A DNA stretch of 29,621 bases, taken from a bacterium. Its GTDB lineage: Bacteria; UBA10199; 2-02-FULL-44-16; DYJF01. This document shows positions 1-8,573 of the stretch, piece after piece. The translations under genes and the position numbers were made by a program. The notes below the pieces were generated by a model. That model did no database searches, had not been told where the DNA came from, and saw nothing but the letters and a program-made list of their open reading frames with translations. Each line of letters begins with the position of its first letter. The stretch's first letter is position 1. The stretch is taken from contig JBGSNL010000035.1 in assembly GCA_041739675.1 (NCBI GenBank), forward strand, positions 1 to 29,621. Reading direction: 5' to 3'.

Positions 1-231
1 ATAGTGGCGCTTATCACTCTCATACTCGACGTGCGCCGTCGCAATCGTAATACCGCGCTCCTTCTCCTCCGGCGCCTTGTCGATCTGGTCAAATGCCATC
101 CACGACGCCTTGCCCTTCTCGGACAAATAACGCGTGATGCCAGACGTCAATGTCGTCTTGCCGTGATCCACATGCCCGATCGTGCCTACGTTCACGTGCG
201 GCTTTGACCTTACAAATTTCTCCTTCGCCAT
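1..231 (-). CDS. tuf: Elongation factor Tu, 5' part (runs off the window edge)
   Basis: Manual minus-strand translation from ATG 231: [33 protein letters not shown]...[35 protein letters not shown] at 236-240. Absent from the ORF track because it is truncated. Confidence 0.98.
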   Translation of the reverse strand, partial: MAKEKFVRSKPHVNVGTIGHVDHGKTTLTSGITRYLSEKGKASWMAFDQIDKAPEEKERGITIATAHVEYESDKRHY

Positions 232-244
232 AAATCCTCCCCTG

Positions 245-841
245 TTACTTGCTTAAATCGTTCATCGCCTCGGCAAACTTATTTGTCGAGGTGACATTGT
301 TGATCATCATCGCAAGGACATCCGAGAGTGTTGACTCAATTTTTTTAACGTTCTTTTTTCTCAACCCTTTATCATGAACCTCGCCGCCGAATTCGAAATC
401 GACCGATCTGCCGGCTTTCACCACACTCACCGTCATCATGCCCTGCGCCAGCGTCTCGCCGGTGATAAGTCCCTTTTTGCTGCCCGCAAAAAAATCGGTC
501 AGGTCGACCGACATCTTGATGCCTGCCGCATTTGCGTTGGATGCAAACGTGTAACCGCATTTTTCAAACATCGTCTTCAAGCCCTGCTCTAAAAGTTTTG
601 CAACGGGTTCGGAGGCGACAACTTCGGTCTGCTCTTTTTTCTGCGTCAGTACGCCGATAACGGCAGCGGGGCGTTTGTCGTTCACGCCGCTCCAGACGAT
701 GGGCGCGACACCCTTCCCCATCGACGGCGCGCACTGCGAACCGATCGTGGGAGAGAGCTTGATCGTGGCAGTGAGCGTCTCCGCGTGTGCGGCACTCACT
801 GCGATCAGGCTGCATGCCAAAATTGTAAAAAACTTTTTCAT
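245..841 (-). CDS. Exported YajG-like protein (198 aa)
   Basis: Start moved to ATG 841 ([20 protein letters not shown], Sec signal peptide) because the longer ORF overlaps tRNA-Thr. The V-x-D-K-R-P...V-x-x-L-L...G-Y pattern resembles the YajG lipoprotein family (recognised by eye). Confidence 0.7.
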   Translation of the reverse strand: MKKFFTILACSLIAVSAAHAETLTATIKLSPTIGSQCAPSMGKGVAPIVWSGVNDKRPAAVIGVLTQKKEQTEVVASEPVAKLLEQGLKTMFEKCGYTFASNANAAGIKMSVDLTDFFAGSKKGLITGETLAQGMMTVSVVKAGRSVDFEFGGEVHDKGLRKKNVKKIESTLSDVLAMMINNVTSTNKFAEAMNDLSK

Positions 842-867
842 CGCTTTCCTTTTCCTTACACTTACTG

Positions 868-940
868 AGCCGAGACGGGGAATCGAACCCCGGACCCCAA
901 CCTTACCATGGTTGTGCTCTGCCGGCTGAGCTATCTCGGC
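868..940 (-). tRNA. tRNA-Thr(GGT)
   Basis: Acceptor GCCGAGA/TCTCGGC, anticodon arm CAACC-ATGGTAA-GGTTG, T loop GGTTCGATTCC. Confidence 0.97.
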
Positions 941-959
941 AAAACTTTTCACCATCTTG

Positions 960-1030
<71 letters not shown>

Positions 1031-1041
1031 ATAAAATCATG

Positions 1042-1124
1042 TGGAGAGGGATGGATTCGAACCATCGAAGGCTATTGCCGGCAGATTTACAGTCTGCTCC
1101 CTTTGGCCGCTCGGGAACCTCTCC
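1042..1124 (-). tRNA. tRNA-Tyr(GTA)
   Basis: Acceptor GGAGAGG/CCTCTCC, anticodon arm GCAGA-CTGTAAA-TCTGC, long variable arm, GGTTCGAATCC. Confidence 0.97.
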
Positions 1125-1141
1125 CCCGAAACTTTTTTTTG

Positions 1142-1214
1142 AGCCGACGGCCGGACTCGAACCGGCGACCTACTGATTACAAATCAGTAGCTCTACCTGC
1201 TGAGCTACGTCGGC
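1142..1214 (-). tRNA. tRNA-Thr(TGT)
   Basis: Acceptor GCCGACG/CGTCGGC, anticodon arm ACTGA-TTTGTAA-TCAGT, GGTTCGAGTCC. The order Thr(TGT)-Tyr-Gly-Thr(GGT)-tuf matches the classic tufB operon. Confidence 0.97.
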
Positions 1215-1355
1215 GTCATGCCGACGAAAATTTTTCAAAGACCAAAACACACGAGAAGCGCGCCACGATCGCGGCAAAAAAAATCGCCCGCACTTCCTAA
1301 TGTGTATTTTTCGTCAGGCTCGCTCCTAAAAACTCCGAACCCAAAAAGTTGAAAG

Positions 1356-1384
1356 TTTCTATGGGCTAAGGGCTACTTTGTCAA
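1356..1384 (-). promoter_or_regulatory. Candidate sigma70 promoter of the tRNA-tuf operon
   Basis: TTGACA (1384-1379), 17-nt spacer, TAGAAA. The -35 box is perfect and the -10 box is weak. Confidence 0.4.
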
Positions 1385-1390
1385 GTGATT

Positions 1391-2140
1391 TTATGGGGTT
1401 TTGAAATGGCGCTGGCGCATGATCTCGGACATGAAAATGGCGCCGGCTACCGACACGTTATACGACTCAATCTTGCCAAACATTGGAATTGAAAGGAGAA
1501 AATCACAATTTTCCCTCACCAGGCGCCTTATCCCCTTGCCTTCCGCGCCAAGCACCAAGACATAATTATTACCAGTGAAATCGAATAGATAGACATTTTT
1601 TGCTGATTCGCCAGCTGCACCCGCCACCCAGAACCCTGCGTCCTTCAATTCCTTCAAAGTGGAGGCAATGTTCGTAACTTGAACGATGGGAAGATACTCC
1701 GTGGCGCCGCTCGATGCCTTTGTCACCGTCGGACTCACGGGCGCCGAATTGTCCTTCGGCAGGATCACGCCATTGACTCCGCACAGATGGGCGGTCCTTA
1801 TAAGTGCCCCCAGATTTTGCGGATCCGTGATGCCGTCGAGCACGACTATGAGTCCCTTGTTCGTAACTGCCCGGGCAAGGCCCATGACGTCGCCCAGTTC
1901 CGAAAAAACAAAGGGATCGCATTTGGCTGCGATCCCCTGATGTTTTTCCACACTTGAAAGACCGGCCATCTCCTCATGCGTGACTTTTTTCACCTTCACG
2001 CCTTTTTTTTGGGCCGCCTGCTCTATCTCCTCTGTGATTTTCTCTTTTCTTTTTTCAGCGATGTAGATTTCATAGCACCGCCTCTTTCCCGCGCGAAGCA
2101 GTTCAAGCACCGCATGCGTTCCGCTTATGATCTCCGTCAT
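1391..2140 (-). CDS. rlmB: 23S rRNA (Gm2251) 2'-O-methyltransferase, SpoU/TrmH family
   Basis: Motifs G-x-HAV-x-E, HQGI, LDGITDPQNLGALIRTA, VLGAEGKGIR, IPMFGKIESYNVSVA. Confidence 0.93.
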   Translation of the reverse strand: MTEIISGTHAVLELLRAGKRRCYEIYIAEKRKEKITEEIEQAAQKKGVKVKKVTHEEMAGLSSVEKHQGIAAKCDPFVFSELGDVMGLARAVTNKGLIVVLDGITDPQNLGALIRTAHLCGVNGVILPKDNSAPVSPTVTKASSGATEYLPIVQVTNIASTLKELKDAGFWVAGAAGESAKNVYLFDFTGNNYVLVLGAEGKGIRRLVRENCDFLLSIPMFGKIESYNVSVAGAIFMSEIMRQRHFKTP

Positions 2141-2146
2141 TTTGCC

Positions 2147-4186
2147 TTACGCCTTTTCCTTCTCGGCCTCGCGTTCGCGCTTCGCCTCGTCAATTATTTT
2201 TTGCGCAATGTGGGCCGGCACCGGCTCATAATGCGAAAAAACCATCGAGTACGTCCCCGCACCGCTGGTAATCGATTTGAGCGCCGCCGAATACTGATAA
2301 AGTTCCGAGAGCGGAACCTTCGCCTTGAGCACGCCGGAATCCATTCCCGTCACGCGGCCCCTGCGAGAGCTGATGTCCGATGACAGATCGCCCATGCAAT
2401 CCTGCGCCGCGTACACTTCAAGATCGACGATCGGCTCCAGAAGCTGCGGGCCGGCTTCCTGCATCGCGCCTCTGAACGCCTGTGATCCTGCAAGCTGGAA
2501 AGAGAGATCGGAAGAATCCACATCATGATACGATCCGTCGAACACGCTGACCTTGAGATCGACCACCGGATATCCCGCGAGAGTCCCTCTCTGCATCGCC
2601 TCGCGAACGCCCTTCTCGACTGCGGGGATATATTTTCCGGGTATCGACCCGCCGACGATATCGTCTTCAAACTGGAATTCCGATCCGGCAGGCAAAGGCT
2701 CGAGCCTGAGCCAGCAGTCGCCGTACTGTCCGTGTCCGCCTGTTTGTTTTTTGTGTTTGCCCTGCTTCTCCGCCTTCCTTGTAATTCTCTCACGGTACGG
2801 AATGTGCGGTCTCGAAAGTTCCACCTCGACGCCGTAGCGATCGAGCAGCCGTTTTACCAGAATGTCTATGTGAATTTCGCCCATTCCGGTGATGATCGTC
2901 TCCGAAAATTCCTTGTCCACGTGATATGTGAGTGTCGGGTCAATTGACACAAGTTTTGAAAGCGCGACGCCCAGCTTATCCTGATCCTTCTTCGCCTTGG
3001 GTTTGAGGGCCATCGGCACGACGGCCTTCGGGAAAGTGATCGGATCGAAGATGAGAGCGTTGGCCTTGGACGTGAGTGTATCGTTGATCGCGGTGACCTT
3101 GAGTTTTGCAACCGCGGCGATATCGCCTGCCGGCGCTTCATCTATTTCGATGCGCTCCTTGCCGCGCGTGGTCATTAGATGGCCCATTCGCTCGGCCGTG
3201 CTCTTCGTTCCGTTGTAGACGTCGTCGCCGGACTTGATCGTACCGGAAAAAACGCGGAAGAAAAAGATGTCGCCGATCCCGGGATCCGATGTCGTCTTAA
3301 AGACATGCGCCGCCAGAGGACCCTTGGGATCTATGGTGAGCTCCATCTCCGATTTGTCCTGACGCTTCACCTTGAACGCAGGCATCTGGGAGGGATTGGG
3401 AAGATCGGCGACGATCGAATTGAGGAACGTATCGAACCCCGCCGCATGAAGAGACGAACCGACAAAAACAGGATGAATCTGGCCGGTCGCGATTCCCTTG
3501 GCCACCGCGGATTTCATCTCGTCTTCGGAAATCTCGCCCTGCTCCAGATATTTTTCCAAAAGTTTTTCGTCGCTCTCCGCGATCGATTCCATGAGCACGG
3601 TCTTGAGCTCTTTTGCCTTTCCCGCAAGATCGGCGGGGACCTCGGATTTTGAGTTTAAGAGATCCACGATGCCCTTGAAATTCGACCCAAAACCTATAGG
3701 CAGATGGAAGAGCGCCGCGCTGGGGCAAAGTTCCTAGATCGAAGCTAGGGTTTTTTCGACGTCGGCCCTTTCCGCATCCATCTTGTTGATGAAGAACGCG
3801 TACGGTTTTCCCGACTGCGTCACAAAATGGAAAAAGCGCTTTGTGGGGATTTCAACGCCGTTCACGGAATCTATGAGGATCAAAACCACGTCCGCCGCGT
3901 ACATGGCGCCGATCGCCTCTCCCAGGAAATCGAGATAGCCCGGGGAATCTATGATGTTGATTTTGGAGCCGGCCCATTCGATGCCGACGACCTTTGAAAT
4001 TATCGACTGCTTTCTTTCGACTTCGACGGGATCGTAATCGACGACAGAATTTCCCTCGTCAACTCGCCCGATGCGCGTGGTCAGCTTGGCGGTGAAAAGC
4101 GCCGCCTCGATGAAAGTCGTTTTGCCTACGCCTTTTGCGCCCACGAGGGCGATGTTCCTTATCTGTGATGTCTGATACCTGTTCAC
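2147..4186 (-). pseudogene. Elongation factor G-like protein (EF-G2 type), 680 codons with one in-frame TAG at 3734-3736 (pseudogene, readthrough, or sequencing error)
   Basis: ORFs 3734..4186 and 2147..3667 are in the same frame, 66 nt apart. The gap translates ELCPSAALFHLPIGFGSNFKGI, continuing into VDLL (EF-G-like). Motifs: IRNIALVG, GKTT, DSPGYLDF, NKMD, GMGEIH, HKKQTGGHGQYG, GYPVVD, DGSYHDVDSS, LLEPI. GTG start with SD GGAGGGG. Confidence 0.88.
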
Positions 4187-4273
4187 AAGTCCCCTCCTTT
4201 TTTTAGAGAAAGCAGTCTTTCTTATTGAATTGAAACCTTGAAATCAACAGGGAAATAAAGCAAGCTGCAAAAC

Positions 4274-5434
4274 ATGGACACAATACAGATTACGCCCAAA
4301 GGGGTGCGCCACTTTGAAACCGGCCATCCGTGGATATACAAGAGCGACCTGAAGGGAGCTCTCCCGGGCAACGCAGGCGCCGTGGCCGTTAAGGACGGTT
4401 CGGGGCGGTTTCTGGCACAGGCCCTCTTTTCACCGAAATCCCAGATATCGCTCCGCATTCTCACGAAAAAAAGGGAAACGATCGACAGGGATTGGCTCAG
4501 GGAAAAAATCAGAAAGGCAATCGGACTCCGCAGCCAGTTTGGCATTTCATCCGATGCGATGCGCCTGGTTTTCGGCGAGTCGGACGGGCTACCGGCTTTC
4601 ATCGTCGACCGCTTTGGGGACGTCATCTCCTTTCAAACGCTTTGCGCCGGTATCGACCATTATAAAGACGAGTTGGTGTGCATTTTGGCTGAGGAGTTGA
4701 AACCTGCTGCAATCGTGGAGCGAAACGACGTGCCGGTCAGAAGGCTTGAGGGACTTCCTCTGACGGCTCAGGTTTTGAAGGGTGACCTCCCCAGTCGGGT
4801 CAAGATCCGCGAGGGGGACGTATCATTATATATAGATCCGCTTCGCGGGCAAAAAACCGGGGCGTATCTCGACCAGCGCGACAACCGTCTGCTGGCGGGA
4901 AGGATCGCCTATGGCAAGGTTCTCGATTGCTTTTCGTATGAGGGATGGTTCGCGGTGCACATGGCGAAAAATGCTGGCTCTATTCTGTGCGTCGACAGCT
5001 CGGCCTCCGCGCTTACCGCGGTCCGTGAAAACGCAAAACTCAATGGAATTGAAAATAAGGTGAAAGTTTGCGAGGCCAACGGTTTTGATTTCCTGAAAGA
5101 ACAGGATAGCGGCGGTACGCACTATGATCTCATCAATCTCGATCCGCCGCCCTTCGTCAAAAGCGCGCGCGACCGGGAGAGCGGATACCGCGGTTACAAA
5201 GAAATAAACTTGCGCGCGATGAAACTCTTGCGGCCTGAAGGAATTTTGATAACGGCTTCCTGCTCGCACCATTTTCTGGAAGGGGATTTTGACTCCATGC
5301 TCGCCGACGCCGCGAACGACGCAGGGGTCACCGCACAGGTTTTGTATCGCACCGGCGCCGCACCCGACCACCCAATCCTCGCCGGCTTCCCGGAATCTCA
5401 TTACCTCAAATGCCGCTTTATAAAAATATCTTGA
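4274..5434 (+). CDS. Class I SAM-dependent rRNA methyltransferase, RlmI (m5C1962) family
   Basis: N-terminal PUA-like GHPWIY, ESDGLP, GQKTGAYLDQRDNR, VLDCFSYEG, LDPPPF, SCSHH, DHP...PESHYLK. Confidence 0.9.
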   Translation: MDTIQITPKGVRHFETGHPWIYKSDLKGALPGNAGAVAVKDGSGRFLAQALFSPKSQISLRILTKKRETIDRDWLREKIRKAIGLRSQFGISSDAMRLVFGESDGLPAFIVDRFGDVISFQTLCAGIDHYKDELVCILAEELKPAAIVERNDVPVRRLEGLPLTAQVLKGDLPSRVKIREGDVSLYIDPLRGQKTGAYLDQRDNRLLAGRIAYGKVLDCFSYEGWFAVHMAKNAGSILCVDSSASALTAVRENAKLNGIENKVKVCEANGFDFLKEQDSGGTHYDLINLDPPPFVKSARDRESGYRGYKEINLRAMKLLRPEGILITASCSHHFLEGDFDSMLADAANDAGVTAQVLYRTGAAPDHPILAGFPESHYLKCRFIKIS

Positions 5435-5487
5435 GGGGACACTTCTCATTTTCGCAGGGAGTCCATGTGAACAGGAGAAGTGTCCCC
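5435..5487. repeat. 53-bp palindromic REP-like element, copy 1
   Basis: GGGGACACTTCTC...GAGAAGTGTCCCC outer stem (13 bp) plus inner TTCGCA/TGTGAA stem. Its reverse complement matches 21100-21152 at 44/53 positions by my alignment. Confidence 0.75.
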
Positions 5488-5504
5488 CTCCGCACAAAAT
5501 GAAA

Positions 5505-5534
5505 CAGGGGAGCCATCTCACGACGGGTCCCCTG
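5505..5534 (-). terminator. Possible terminator hairpin after the 115-aa gene
   Basis: CAGGGGA...TCCCCTG inverted repeat followed on the minus strand by TTTCATTTT. Confidence 0.45.
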
Positions 5535-5557
5535 CTTGAGAAAGGAGGGTTAGGGAT

Positions 5558-5905
5558 TTAGGCGTTGTAATGGGCCAGCATTATCTGCTTCTGGTGCATG
5601 AGATCCTGTTCGAACTCAACTAGAGCATACGGGTCATAGCCGGCCAGATCGTGACGCGCCTCGAAATAGGTAGCGCGGCATTCGTTCATAAATTCCAAGA
5701 GCTCTTCTTTGCGTTCTGTATCTGCAGTATCGTCAAATTCCATCCTGGCGTATTCGTGATTGATCGAAGAGGTCGCCATCATAAGCTGAAGCTCCAAAAG
5801 GGCCTTGCGGTTCTCTTCGGATTTGCAATCGACATCGAGCGGAATTATGGAAATAGCCTGCATTCCGTCATCCGTTACTGCCGAGTTTGTGATTTCCTTC
5901 TTCAT
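5558..5905 (-). CDS. Hypothetical acidic helical protein (115 aa)
   Basis: ATG with G-rich SD (AAGGGGGG), an upstream sigma54 motif and a downstream hairpin. No family recognised. Confidence 0.75.
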   Translation of the reverse strand: MKKEITNSAVTDDGMQAISIIPLDVDCKSEENRKALLELQLMMATSSINHEYARMEFDDTADTERKEELLEFMNECRATYFEARHDLAGYDPYALVEFEQDLMHQKQIMLAHYNA

Positions 5906-5939
5906 CTTATGCCCCCCTTCGGTCTACGCCCTTAGTAAA

Positions 5940-5955
5940 TGCAAACCCCTTGCCA
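5940..5955 (-). promoter_or_regulatory. sigma54 (-24/-12) promoter
   Basis: TGGCAAGGGGTTTGCA (GG-N10-GC), about 35 nt upstream of ATG 5905. Confidence 0.7.
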
Positions 5956-6143
5956 AACCACGCACCGCGGCATGCATCTATCTAGGCGATATTATTGGTC
6001 TTTTTAGGATTATTTTTGGTGAAATTGGGACCTGGCACGAAATCGGAGCCGGACTGCCCCGATTCGGGGTGGAGTCTCCCCACCCTATTCCATCATTATA
6101 TATGGGGGAATCGAGGAACCAGGCATTACATCGCCGGCGGACT

Positions 6144-6863
6144 TTATGAACTGATCTCTTTTAATATCTGGCGCACGACGTCCGCGGGTTTTTTCGCCTG
6201 AACGATGGGCCGGCCGATAACGAGATAATCCGCGCCCGCCGCAATCGCCATGATGGGGGATGCGATTCTTCTCTGATCCTGCGCTTCCGATCCGATCGGG
6301 CGAACACCGGTTGTTACGATCAGGAATTTTTCGCCGCAGGCGTTACGTATCGGTTTGATCTCCAAAGGCGATGCCAAAACTCCGTCGAGACCGCATTTCT
6401 GCGAGAGCTTCGCCAGACGCACAACCTGATCGCGCACTTCAAACTGCACGCCGATATCCGCCATAGAATCCATGCTCGTGAGCACTGTCACAGCAACAAG
6501 CCTCGGCATTGCTGCCTTGCTGCCCGCCGCCTGAAGCGCCGCGTCCACGGACCTTTCAAGCATTTCCTTGCCTCCGACCGCGTGCACGTTGAGCATGTGG
6601 ACCTTGAGTTTTGTGGCGGCAGAAACCGCGCGCGCTACAGTTGAAGGTATATCGTGGTACTTGAGATCCAGGAACACTTTGCATCCTTCATGATGGATCA
6701 TCCTGATGACGTCGGGACCCAGCATCGTGTAGGTCGGCATGCCGACTTCGAAAATGTGGACGTCGTTCTTCAAGAGTTTTACGAATTTTGTCGCATCCTT
6801 CATGGAATCGGCAAGGAGTGCGACGATCAGGCGATCCTTCGGGGCCACTTTTTGCTGTTTCAT
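6144..6863 (-). CDS. pyrF: Orotidine-5'-phosphate decarboxylase family protein (atypical active site)
   Basis: VFLDLKYHDIPSTV, NVHAVGG, VTVLTS, GVRP, DQRR, GADYLVIGRPI. Start overlaps the proS stop (ATGA). Confidence 0.88.
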   Translation of the reverse strand: MKQQKVAPKDRLIVALLADSMKDATKFVKLLKNDVHIFEVGMPTYTMLGPDVIRMIHHEGCKVFLDLKYHDIPSTVARAVSAATKLKVHMLNVHAVGGKEMLERSVDAALQAAGSKAAMPRLVAVTVLTSMDSMADIGVQFEVRDQVVRLAKLSQKCGLDGVLASPLEIKPIRNACGEKFLIVTTGVRPIGSEAQDQRRIASPIMAIAAGADYLVIGRPIVQAKKPADVVRQILKEISS

Positions 6864-8569
6864 CTTTTTATCCCCTCAATTATTTTTAAAAAATAATTTA
6901 CGACTTCTTCAGGTTTGATTTTCTCGACTTTGCCGGTCTTTCTCTCTTTCACCTCGACTATTCCCTGCGCCAGCCCCTTGCCGCCGATCACGATTTGATA
7001 CGGAATACCTATCAGATCTGCGTCAGCGAATTTCACGCCGGGCCTCAAATCGCGGTCGTCGATCATGACCTCGATACCTTTTTTGCCCAGCTCATCATAA
7101 ATCTTTTCCGCGATTTTCACCTCTTCGCCTTTTGCGGACAAAGGAATCACCTCCGCTGCAAAGGGCGCAATTGGAAGCGGCCAGCACATACCTCTCTCGT
7201 CGTTGTTCTGCTCTATCGCAGCGGCGGCCGTTCGCCCCACACCGATGCCGTAGCAGCCCATAACGATGACCTTGTCCGCACCGGTCTCATCGAGATAAGT
7301 CGCCTTCATGGGTTCGCTGTATTTCGTGCCGAGATAGAAGACCTGCCCAACTTCGATTCCGCGGTGGGTGTTCATCGTGCCGTCGCAGCGCGGGCAGGGA
7401 TCGCCCTTCACCGCATGTCTTATGTCGCCGAATTTCGTGATCTTCAAATCGCCGAGATTCATGCCGGTATAATGCGAGTCATTTTCATTGGCGCCGATCA
7501 CAAAATTTTCCATTATTTCAACTTCGTTGTCGGCATAAACCGGTATATTGAGACCAAACGGCCCCGAGAAACCGGAGGGCGCGCCCGTCACCTTGCGGAC
7601 CGATTCCTCTTCCGCCAGACGGCACCACTCGCAGCCGATAGTGTCTTTGAGTTTTGCCTCTTTTATGGCGTGATCGCCGCGGCAAAGTGCGGCAACCGGA
7701 CCTTTGTCCGTTTCAAGAATGAGCGTCTTCACAATCTGCGCCGGATTCACTTTCAGGAACGCACAGACTTCCTCGACAGATTTTTGTCCCGGCGTTGAAA
7801 CTTTATTGTACTTTCCGCTTTGAGCTTTGACCTTTGAGCTTTGAGCCGGTTTTCTTATCTCCGCCTTCTCCACATTCGCCGCGTACTCGCATTTCTCGCA
7901 GGAGACGATCTCGTCCTCCCCGGATGCGGCCAGAACCTGGAACTCGTGAGACATCGAACCGCCGATCGTTCCGGTCATCGCCTCCACGGGACGAAACTCA
8001 AGGCCGCAGCGGGTGAAGATGCGTTTGTACGCATCGTACATCTTTTTGTATGTCTGTTTCGCCGCGTTCTCGTCGCGGTCAAACGAGTAGCCGTCCTTCA
8101 TGATGAATTCGCGGCTGCGCATGAGGCCGAAACGGGGTCTCACTTCATCTCTGAATTTTGTCTGTATCTGGAATAGATTTTTTGGAAGATCGCGGTACGA
8201 CTTCACCTCATTGCGAACGAGGTCCGTGATCGCCTCTTCGTGCGTGGGGCCTATCACGAAATCGCGATCGTGGCGGTCCTTGAAACGCAAGAGCTCCTTG
8301 CCGTAGACCTCCCACCTGCCGGTCTCCTTCCAGATCTCCGCGGGCATCACTATGGGAAGCAGAAGCTCCTCTGCTCCGGCTGCTGTCATTTCCTCACGGA
8401 TTATATTTTCAATCTTGCTTGTGACCCGAAGGCAGAGCGGCAGAAGTATGTAAACGCCGGAGGCGAGTTTTCTTATGTAGCCTGCGCGCATCATCAAGGC
8501 GTGGCTCACGACCTCCGCATCGGCGGGCACTTCCCTCAAAGTGGGGATCAGCATCTGTGAATAGCGCAT
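6860..8569 (-). CDS. proS: Proline--tRNA ligase, bacterial type with editing insertion
   Basis: MRYSQMLIPTLRE, GPTHEE, QIQTKFRDEVRPRFGLMRSREFIMKDGYSF, GIEVGQVFYLG, MGCYGIGVGR. Confidence 0.98.
   Translation of the reverse strand: MRYSQMLIPTLREVPADAEVVSHALMMRAGYIRKLASGVYILLPLCLRVTSKIENIIREEMTAAGAEELLLPIVMPAEIWKETGRWEVYGKELLRFKDRHDRDFVIGPTHEEAITDLVRNEVKSYRDLPKNLFQIQTKFRDEVRPRFGLMRSREFIMKDGYSFDRDENAAKQTYKKMYDAYKRIFTRCGLEFRPVEAMTGTIGGSMSHEFQVLAASGEDEIVSCEKCEYAANVEKAEIRKPAQSSKVKAQSGKYNKVSTPGQKSVEEVCAFLKVNPAQIVKTLILETDKGPVAALCRGDHAIKEAKLKDTIGCEWCRLAEEESVRKVTGAPSGFSGPFGLNIPVYADNEVEIMENFVIGANENDSHYTGMNLGDLKITKFGDIRHAVKGDPCPRCDGTMNTHRGIEVGQVFYLGTKYSEPMKATYLDETGADKVIVMGCYGIGVGRTAAAAIEQNNDERGMCWPLPIAPFAAEVIPLSAKGEEVKIAEKIYDELGKKGIEVMIDDRDLRPGVKFADADLIGIPYQIVIGGKGLAQGIVEVKERKTGKVEKIKPEEVVNYFLKIIEGIKR
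7817..7846. repeat. Heptamer tandem repeat (GCTTTGA x4, one variant) inside proS
   Basis: gctttga gctttga cctttga gctttga gc, encoding AQSSKVKAQS on the minus strand. Confidence 0.8.
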
Positions 8570-8573
8570 TTAC

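Noticed and set aside
4..207. Plus-strand 67-aa ORF
   Set aside because: Antisense shadow of tuf.
3734..3736. Genome-wide TAG reassignment
   Set aside because: TAG terminates ispG, the flavin reductase, the Tudor protein and others at natural C-termini.
6033..6048. TGGCACGAAATCGGAG sigma54-like site on the plus strand
   Set aside because: Good -24 box but no GC at -12, and no credible downstream gene.
4826..7798. Long antisense ORFs such as 4826..5521 and 6995..7798
   Set aside because: Shadows of the methyltransferase gene and proS, expected from codon bias.
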